DNA from: Trichoplax adhaerens | Lineage: Eukaryota > Animalia > Placozoa | Assembly: GCF_000150275.1 (NCBI RefSeq) | Contig: NW_002060945.1 | Coordinates: forward strand, 631,872-695,871 | Length of the DNA stretch: 64,000 nt | Direction of reading: 5' to 3' | In this document: piece after piece, positions 53,943-64,000 of the stretch | Layout of the letters: each line of letters begins with the position of its first letter | Numbering within the stretch: position 1 is the stretch's first letter | Notes under the pieces: generated by a model | What the model was told of the DNA's origin: nothing | Databases searched by the model: none | Seen by the model: the letters and a program-made list of their open reading frames with translations, nothing else | Program-made: the position numbers and the translations under genes

Positions 53943-54304
53943 ATTAATTGTGCTAATATTTTCTTTATTTAATTAAAAATTACCTATGAGTGCGTTTAAA
54001 TAGAAACACCAGAAACGATTGCAGTTGTCAAATTAAAGCATTTTTATCAATGAAAATAATCCAGAATTATATCCCTTGGCGTCAGTGATCAACATAAATT
54101 TCTCGTAAATTTTTTAATATGAATGTAGCGAAAACTTGAATTTTGACGAAGGCAATAAATACAGGATAACATAAAACAATATTTTAGTTATAAACTTGGA
54201 AGAGTATTAATATTATCTACAAGACTGTATCGTCTAATACAGTTCCATTACTTCTATGTTTATTTTTATGTCATAGTAACTAAAATAAACTGAGATTTGA
54301 GTAA

Positions 54305-57153
54305 TCAGTTGCGCAGCTGTTCCTCATTTAGTTCACCATTGATAGCCATTTCAAGGCTTTTCATATTTTTACTCAGTTCTTCGTCTGGGGCAAGTTCCTT
54401 TAACTCTTTAATTTGCCCTAAACACTTTGCAGCTTCCGTAACATCACCTAGACAAATTTCGTTTACGATTAGTGAATTAAATAAATTACACTATCAAGAG
54501 ACGCGTGATGCCATCCGTAATATTGCAAGGGTATACGTATAATTTTCTTTGTAAAGTAAGAAAGAGTAAATTGTTACTATACTGTAAATACGAAGTACAG
54601 TCTTCTACTAGTTACTGAAATATACCATTAATTTCCCCTCATATTAACAAACCTTTTATACAGTAGATAAAATAGATAATTATTCCGATTTTTTAATTAC
54701 CTTTCCTAAAATGAAGAAATCCATAATTTACAAGGTAAACAGCTACTTGACGATCGTCACCTTGAGATTTAGCATTTTTAATTGCTAGCTCAATGTAACC
54801 TTCAGCGGTATCGTATTCCCCACTTTCTAAATATACTAAACATAAGTGATTGCGAATAATTGCCACCTAAAGCATGATGAAAGAGTAATTACTTTTTGTA
54901 GCAAAAAATAGTACCATGAAGTTTTCTTTAAGCCCTTTGCGTTTAGCATATATTATAATTAATCAATCGATCGATTTAGTATTTATATTCTAAATACTCT
55001 ATAATTGTATTTCTCATTAGCATATTGCGATACGATTACATTAGAATCACCTGAGGACTATCTACTCCGACTGTTCTTTTCGCTGTAGTTAATGCTAATT
55101 CTAAGTACTCTTTAGCTTTTGCCAAATTTCTATGCTGATAATAAAACATTCCCAAAGATTCTTGCGCCATACCTAAGAGAGCATTACTAATAAATTATAG
55201 AATACATTAGTAAAGGATCGATCACTTTGCTAAAGATAAACACTATCTTAAATTACCTGTCAGGAGAATATTCTACACCTTTACAATTCTTTTCAGCTGT
55301 ACTAATACACCATTTATATCCAATCTCAGCTGCTTTACTCCTAAAAACGATTTAAAATGTACATATATAATATGGCAATGTATTAATTCTTGTCGTCTAA
55401 AATATAATTTAGTCTATTGCCTGGATACTTTCATAATTTATGTTAAATAGCTGTAGTCTACCCAATGCTAGTTTATACAATTACGCTCGCAGGATAAAAC
55501 TAACATTCCTTTGCTTTCATATATATTGGAGAGTTTCAATGATATTTCAATCATAGCATTATCATCCTGTAACATTATTTTAACAAATTATTTATACACG
55601 AAGAAATCATAAGCTAATAGCACAAATTCGATTATTAATTAGTTAAAGCTTCTATGCTATAACGAAAATGGTTATTATCAATACGAACTAAAACTACATT
55701 ATACTGTCGTTTATACACTATAAACTGTTCTTATTCTCATTTACGTGCCTGTGGAGTGCCCGATGCAATCATCATCTTCATAGTTCTCTTAAACATATCT
55801 TCAGCCTTAAAGAATAAACGAGGTATTGGATTCTTTCATATCGTGTAATATGTGTATTATACGTTCTCTATTATCATCCAATAGGGTAAAGTAGTTAAGT
55901 GTATGTTCTAAGACAGTAATAATACTAAAGAGGATACCTCTGTATATTTTTCCAGTATATAAGCCAGATTTGCAATCTTAAAACACATAAAAAACAAGGA
56001 TATTAAGATATAAATCATTTTACTCATGTTACTGATTTATCCACTAGGAAACATAAATCAGACTTTGTAAGAGGAAAACAATTACAAGTACGTAATTCGT
56101 TGTGCTTTTACTTGATCAGTTATAAAAGCTTGTTTATTCCTATCAGCCTCTTTACTTTGCGGACAAGATGATATTTCTAGTGCAGCATGGTAGAGCTTAT
56201 AACTTTTCAGATAGTTTCCTTCCTTAATCTCTTTCTGCAATTTAAAAAGTTATTTACTTCGACGGTAATCGGAGCCACTGTATAGTTTCGTATAGTACAG
56301 CTATTTAACGTAGGAAATACTATCACAATACCCTTATATAATCTATCCATTACAGTGGCGATGAACTATTAGTTTATTTTTGCATTTATTGTAATCGAAA
56401 TTAATAATGTTGACATCTCCATCAACAACTTGAAGAGTAATATACTAGCTATATAAAGCACGTCCATTTATCCATTCGTTACCTGAGCATCTAAAATTTT
56501 CTCTTTTAATGGTTTTGACATTAGCAATTTTTTATTATTTTCAATTTTCATCTTCTGATAAGCTAATGCAGCACCACCTAAATTATTGAATGTCATTTTT
56601 AGTTATTACTTTGTTGCATGTGGTACCTAAGTAATAATAAATTATTATTATTCTATCTAGATCAATCTTGCAATAATATTTAATTTCAATATCATAGGCA
56701 CTTATCTTCCTAATCAAAAATTAGCTTCTGATAATGCCGCACATTGTAGACTAGCATGCACAGTACTTATACATATTTCCCTATCGCATTCTATCTCTAT
56801 GTTAAAATGTGAATGTATACAATATACCATCCATGAACTTTACTACGGAATTGTCGTATATGAACACCAACCCCAATCAGTCAGCAATCAATCAAGCTTT
56901 TGGTACAAAATACATAAGATTGTCGAATCAATCTAATCATACAGATTATACCTGCAAGTACCAGCCCAGCTACAAGAGCCCAAATGCGTGATGAACCTCT
57001 CCGATCAGGATTTGTACTAGCATACCTTGGAATTGATCTAGTATAAGCATGCACATAGGTGTTGACTTTCTGTGGTAGAAAGCGACAAGATGTAGAATAA
57101 TTTCTAAGCAAAAATGAAGCACTTTTGGATGTAATCGCTTTCAGGAAGGACAT
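54305..57153 (-). CDS. TTC19: Tetratricopeptide repeat protein 19-like (mitochondrial complex III factor), 10 exons, ~368 aa
   Basis: Exons 57153-56952, 56577-56483, 56234-56112, 55976-55938, 55805-55749 (GC donor), 55566-55505, 55340-55257, 55186-55051, 54866-54701, 54447-54305. Presequence followed by a hydrophobic segment. TTC19-like IANLAY...AEDMFKRTM...GTPQDDNAMIEISLKLSNIY...GYKWCI...ALLGM. Confidence 0.85.
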
Positions 57154-59371
57154 ATTAACTGATTAGAATAGATACGGCTTATATGCAAGGCTATACATGG
57201 ATCCAATAGAGCAGTTATCCAGAAATCACTGTCCTTTCAAGCCTACAATATAGCAATGCCAACGTTTTTATTTTGGTTTTGTTAATTGATTCGGTAATAG
57301 TATCTCTCTATATATATACGATATTATTGACAATTTTCTGACATAGTATAGATACGCAGACGTGCGAAACTAATGCATACAAAATGCTATTGGATCGAAT
57401 CAACAATCGATGTCTGTATGGTATGTAGGTCTAGTCATTCGAGTTGTTACGGCCACTCAGTTCGATGATGCATTCATTGGCATACTAATTAACTACTTCG
57501 CCTGTACCACATTGTACAGTATACTATGCATTGCACGACTATGCAGCGTAGTAACTTAAAACATATGCGAGTCGAAGGCATGCTTGTCTTCTTGCTAGAA
57601 TGGCTGCTCATCAAAATACTAGTCCGTATGATAAATTCTGCATAATAACTTAATAATTTAGATCTTTAGAAGATTGTAGGCAAAGATCAAGGTATATTCA
57701 GATATATTTCTACCCATCTTCGACTGAATACTGCAGGATATTTTAGCACTTCAAGCCAAGTAGTGGTAATTATGGGTACCCAAACATGATCTCCGACAAT
57801 AAGACACTGATTGAGTCGAGAAAATGCGCTAATATCGACCTGTAAATAGCAATCTATTTTGTGGATATTTAACTCATTTTAGACTATACTAAGATGCTAT
57901 ACAAAGTAATCTCATTGGATTAGAGTTTACTCGTATAATGCAGTCAGTTGATACATACGACTTGCTAGGAATATACAGAAATTGCAGCTTTAATGTCAAT
58001 CGCATTATTATATTTAAGTGAGACATAAAATATATTTATAATTATTCTACTCAGCATCCATCATATAGCCTAACAGCCCTGTGTAGAAGTACTATTCTAC
58101 ACATCAAGGCTGATATGATTTTTATACCAAATTTAAATAAATACTATACTTATTAAACTTGAAGCGTATTTGGAATGCTAGCTGAACGTGATATAATTAA
58201 TTAGTGTTGAAACTTGAAAGGAAATTGACAATAATTTCCGATATCAATTAAATTTAGGTTCCGATTATAGCACACAAATAGAACCTAGAGTAAAGCAAAT
58301 TTGTTAGGTGAACATTTTATTATGTATCATATTCATATATTATAACTGGTTCAATTTTTAATAGCTTTTAGACTGCTGCAATCAAGTCGATTCAGCCAGA
58401 ATACTAGTATGACCTATGCATTAACTGCTGTAAATTAGCAATCATATAATTCATATAATTCAATGCTCCATGCAGTGCATATGTCTGTTACGATGCGTAA
58501 GCTCGTCCTAATTATTGAGTAATATTAAATATTGTTTGTGCGGATTGATGTTTTATTAATTATCACTTCTTCATATAATTTGCTTAATCTTTGATTAATA
58601 TGATAATGCACTGTTAGTGTTGTTGACAATTGATTTCATTAATTAATTATATGATTAAGATGTTAAATTGTCATCTCGTGTTTACTAGTTAAGCTCTTTA
58701 TTAATTTATTAATTTATTATCAGTTCTTAATAATAGAGGTTGCTAATTAATTATCTTATATGAAGTCTTTAATAACAATATTCAGAATAATTCCTATAAC
58801 CTTAAAAGGATAGTTTTACTTTATGTGCACCAGGAGTTTCTGACGAGACTATAAAAGGCTGGTGCCTGAAGATCCCTTTCTAGTTAGTTAGTCGGTTAGA
58901 TAGTCAACTAGTTTATCAATTGCTATTGAATTGTAAAGACTGTAATCTTGGGTGCCAAGATTTCTTCAGAAATAAATAGTAGTAAATCTCTGACTACCTC
59001 GTCTACACTATCAGTTACGCTATAATTATACTATAGTATTCGGTCGTAGGAACTGAATTATTTGGTGATATAGCTAATCTCGCCACTTTAAGTCAGTAAG
59101 TGGCGTTCTCAGCAAGGATTGGCGTGTGTAGACTACTTTGTCACTAGTGGTGTGTGACAATGTCATACATACACCAATAATTAAGTATCGTCTACATATT
59201 CAAGAGATAGTGCTTATATCAGGTACAAAGTGTGGCACACATACTAACTAAATATTTCCTCATATAGAAGGAATAGTCGATCGCAAGGGCAAAGCAAGCT
59301 ACAATTGTATGATTTTACAATAATTCCTGTTGTAAAGTCTTGTAAATAGGATATCTACTATAATAAATATT

Positions 59372-62300
59372 TTACTGCACATCACAATATCTTCTAGCTC
59401 GAATAGAAACGCTTCTTCTTAGTTTCTCAGCAGTCTTTACAGGAATAGAAGACAAACTTTCAGTCGGTCCTTCTGCAGACAGAAAATATAGTTTTATTAT
59501 TTTACAAATCTATAAGTTTGAATTTCACTCGTCTTGTATAAAATTAGAATACCTTTACTATTTAAATCTTTCTCCATACATAGATCTAAAATGATTAACA
59601 AAATGTGATATTAATCTTATAATCTTAATACATCCGAATAAGCCATGACAATGGCGCATTTAATGAATTATAAATTGGGATACCATCAACGATATAATAC
59701 GCAAAGTAATTGACCATCTAACCCTAAAACTTTAAAAGATAGTTAAGGATAAAATTTAAAAGGGTTCACAGATTGTAATGATCCTAGGAATCCAAAAAAT
59801 TTTCTTTCCACTATTTTTGGCTATCAATTTCACGTACACTAGATATATTACTACATTATACATATTCGTATTATGATTTTGAGCCGAATCAAAGTTTTGA
59901 TTCATAAGATTTGTTAAAGATATGTTGTTACTAATTTGTTAATGGGATCGTCACAATAAGTTTAACAGTAAAGTATTTCAAGAATGAATATATATATATT
60001 TTACTATGTATTTTCCATCTAGTATTAGTAATTCTAAATTGTGAAGAAACAGCTGCTGAGGTGAGGCTGTGAGTATATACTACGCAAATAGGATGATCAA
60101 CTACGCCAGCACTTATTGCAGGATATACCATAATATGTAGCCTTAAGAATTTCAGGGTGGACTACTATTTACAATGTGTTGCTGAATGCTCATCATAGCA
60201 TAATGTAGGTAGCTACTTTAAGCTACCGGAAGATTGCCCAAATACGATATACCATCTACATATAATTACAGTGAAACAAGCATACCTATTGATTTACCCA
60301 TCATCCATTCTTCCACGGATTTTGATTTAAAAACTTGGTTACACTGACATCGAATGACACATGGATTATTCTGGTAGCAGCGAGCAGTGCAAGTAGGCAA
60401 AAGACATTTAGGACATTTAACATAATATTGGCAGGAAGCTTTTTTAAATTTTGACATTCGCTTAGCAACAATCTCTGATAATTGCTCTCGTATCATATCG
60501 TGTGGACGTTTATCACTAATTGATAATTTAATATTATTTAAGACTAAATCTGCCAAATCTTTATCCTCAATGATTTGATAACAATATTGCAGACCAATAT
60601 AAGATCTTTCCTTCCTAACGATTATTTCATAATCTTCGTCTTGTAAGCTATACTGAGCACATTGATTAAATACTTTAATTTGAGGATTATTCCACTGATT
60701 TAAACAGGACACAAGTAAGCAATAAAAAATTGCGTCAGGAATGCAGTTCATATCATTTCGATCAAATCCGATATAAAGCCAATTCGATCGGTGATATCCA
60801 GTCAATTCTAATTCATTCGTGTTTGTTTGCAAAATATAAGGTACAAAAAATTGACGTTCTTCATTTTGATGATCTATTCTATTACTCTTAATCTGACAAG
60901 CAATATGATAATATGCCATCAAGCGTAAGATAATCTCTTTCTCGTTAGAACCTAAATGAAATCTTTTAATGGCATAATTTAAACATAATTCTGACATTTT
61001 ACCCGTTGTGCGTGCTACTTGATAATCATGTCGAATAGCAGCGCTGTGAAATTGATGCTCTTCTAACGCGCTTATGGTATAAAGTATATTCAATAACCAA
61101 TTAATATTTGTTACAATTATTCGATCATCGACTTTATGGTAGCAATATAATATCTTTCCAAAGTCATGTAAATACATCAACATATCATGTAAATCTTGGT
61201 CATCTTTATATAATCCATGATCTATTGCAAATTGCTGCATTTGTTGCATTGTCATAATATTACTAACTGGATTACTTATATTCTGTTTCATTCCATTCGG
61301 AAACATTGTATTATTCTCTTTATTTGTAAATGGTTTTGGCTGTAATAAAATAGTCATCATGTACCATCTTATAGGGATTAGGTCGTTCATGAATGGTAAA
61401 ATATCGGTTATTTTCCCAACAATGTGAAGTAAATTACGGCTACTTTGCAATCGCTGACTAACAGTAGCTTGGCTATTGTCGTTAGGGTTACAGTTAAAGA
61501 GGATACCGGATGAATAAATATGACAACGATAGAGGGGTGGTAAAGATGAAATTAATTGTTGCTCAACTTGTTTAAATCGTTGTTCTAATTGATATTGCTC
61601 TCTAGCAGAATCGATATATGATGCCACCAAGACAATCACAGGCCAAGAATATTCTTCGTCGATGCCATCGACCGTCATTTTAATCTGTTCGCGATTATCG
61701 CTACTACCAATGATCAAAGTTAGCCATTCATGCAATCCTTCTAAATCGGCTATATTAGCCGACTGATCATCTTGAGTATTACTTAGATCTGATGTTACGT
61801 TTAAGACAAGTATATAGATGCCACGACCTGGTATGAAAGGATAATGTAAGCAACGATACATGGTTTGGCCACAAAATTCCCATAAGCTACCATACCGATC
61901 ATGATTTACTTGAACGGTTGCCTCTAGTGCTTCAAGTATAGAGCGAAAATATTTGTTTACAGCTAACTTGCCTAAAGCTTGATATTGATTTGATATATGA
62001 GTAGATAATGTTGTTTCCTCACTACTACTATTAACTAGTAAAGTTGTGCTGTTGTGTGCAACATGCCGGGTTTCTATTTGATCTTCCTGTTGATGATCCA
62101 CTACCATTTGTATCACTTCTTTCTTTTCTCGATCTATCACTAAATATGGATCTTTAACTATCTCTGCCTTTTTTTCTGTACCAGACAAGTGTTTATTCTC
62201 ACCGTGATCATTAGTTATAGAAGAATTATTATTATTCTTAGCATCGACACCATTGCCATCATGAGCAGCAGGAAGGTTTTTAATCAACTCTCTTTTGACT

Positions 62301-63825
62301 GAATCTATTGATGTTGCTAACTTTTGATTAAGCACTTTTATAAAATCGCAAATCCAAGGGTTGGTACTGCTATCATCATGGATAAGATTAACTACTTCGT
62401 TATTAGTATTTATAATTTTTGTTGATTGTAGATTCTCGATTATTCCATTTTGAGTTAGAATCCTTATTACAGATGATTTACCGGCATTAGAAAGACCAAT
62501 AAACATAAGACGTACGAAATCATTGCGGCGTTTACTATCTATGACTATCTTGAACAAATTAGATAGGAAATTGTCCTCTGTCACACCTAAAACGGGACAA
62601 CAAACAAGAGAAAATCTTTTACATTTCACTTAGAAATACATTCTTTTATTTTACTTATTTCTCACTGATACTTTCTGATTTCATTCATACGCGTATAGAA
62701 ATTATCATTAAATTAGCTTTACATGTTTATTTATTGCAATGAAATTCAGAAGCTATTTACTACATGAATCATTATTTCATTACGTATTCTATTCAGCTGC
62801 CAGTCCAGCTAAGAGCACAAAAATACAAATCTTTAGTCTGTAAATACTGTAAATATACTGTATATTACGTCACTAACTTTATTATACTAACCTTCTTTTT
62901 TTCCATTTGCATGATTTTCGGTATCAACATTAACGCTTTGCTCTTGCATTTCTAAATATGTTAAACGACTAAATTAACTACTTTCAGCATCTAAATGATA
63001 CTTGAGGATCAGACAAGGTATTTGATACTCTTATTCATAATATTTCTAATATTGTAACTTGCCTTTTAGTTTGGCTATAATATTCTCTTCAATAAGAGCT
63101 TCCAATTGAGACGGGGTTGCTTTCATTTCTTCTTGATAATCAACAGACTTACTCTCATCTTAAACGAAGAATTTATAAAAATTTCGGAAATTTAACATTT
63201 AAATGATTACTCTTTGTCTAAATACGTACACACATAAAAATATTATTCAATCTATAATCATATCTATCGCACCACTTAAATCGTTATCTTCTCCCTCTGA
63301 TGATTCTATTATGGTCTTAAGAGTTGTTCTCAAGCTATCTTGAAAACAGTCGATACTGCCACCAATATCTTTATAGCAAAAAGATATCAACTCCGTGAAT
63401 TCTTAATTATATACAATCATTAAGCTAACAGTAAATGGCTCAGTAAGTTGTATACCGCGCCAATTCTGTATCGTGCCTTCATTTAAATCTTCAGTGAAGT
63501 CTAGAATTGTTCTTGCTCCAAACTGACATTGCCTGACGTTTTCATCGTCATCTATGATATCAAATAACCAAATAAAATAATATCACAGAGGAATTATAGC
63601 AAATAAAAATCGAATTTCTAATTCTTATCAGCTGACTATATCTTTGATTAGGGGTTACAGAGTAGCAAAAATAAACATATATACTTAAAATAACTGTAAA
63701 ATATTGATGTGAATGTTAAACTATAAGAATAGATGGCTGTAGTAAACTTATTCAAAGCTTACAATCTGATTTATATAACATTCCACCTGTTATGCTTAGA
63801 ACTTTTTCCTGGGCATCTTCAGGAT
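59372..63825 (-). CDS. ROC-COR (ROCO-like) GTPase-domain protein; 5' part probably beyond the window
   Basis: Large exon 62586-60286 has P-loop RLMFIGLSNAGKSS, G3-like LWEFCGQ..Y...H.PF, IYILVLN, G4-like PVIVLVASYID, and COR features (IPIRW, LMYLHDFGKI, IIVTNINWL, FFVPYIL, IPDAIFYCLL). Putative upstream exons 63825-63787, 63551-63456, 63401-63273, 63158-63063 and a terminal exon 59472-59372 are phase-compatible but less certain. Confidence 0.75.
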
Positions 63826-64000
63826 CTTTGTTATTATTTAGTTTAAAATTATGTATATATATATATATAACTAATTATGATACGCTTATTTTTGAAGATA
63901 TTATTTAACTTCATAGTATAAATACTTTAGAATCTAGCTATTTTGTCTATTAATTTATAAATAAAATCGTGAAGGCCGTTAATGAATAAGAACTTTAATT

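Overview
AT-rich eukaryotic genomic DNA with compact genes and short, mostly GT-AG introns. The gene content and composition suggest an early-branching animal, most plausibly a placozoan such as Trichoplax; this is inference only. Manual splicing gives 12 protein-coding genes. The left half holds a tandem array of four intact 9-exon polypeptide GalNAc-transferases (GALNT, all minus strand, identical intron phases), with short tandem duplications and a MITE-like hairpin within the array. The right half holds HSP60(-)/HSP10(+), citrate synthase(-)/COQ10(+), BBS12(-)/FASTK-RAP(+), TTC19(-) and a 5'-truncated ROC-COR (ROCO-like) gene(-). The most notable structure is a ~26 kb block with six nuclear-encoded mitochondrial genes and three consecutive head-to-head pairs. 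Their shared upstream regions carry palindromes built on TACTGTACAGT(A), and one 20-mer is identical in two of them. Other highlights: a strict 37-aa (HPR-like) repeat RAP protein, a ROC-COR protein with degenerate G motifs and a possible polybasic-CaaX tail, and two GC-AG introns. No tRNA, rRNA, snRNA or CRISPR array was recognised. All gene models were built by eye.
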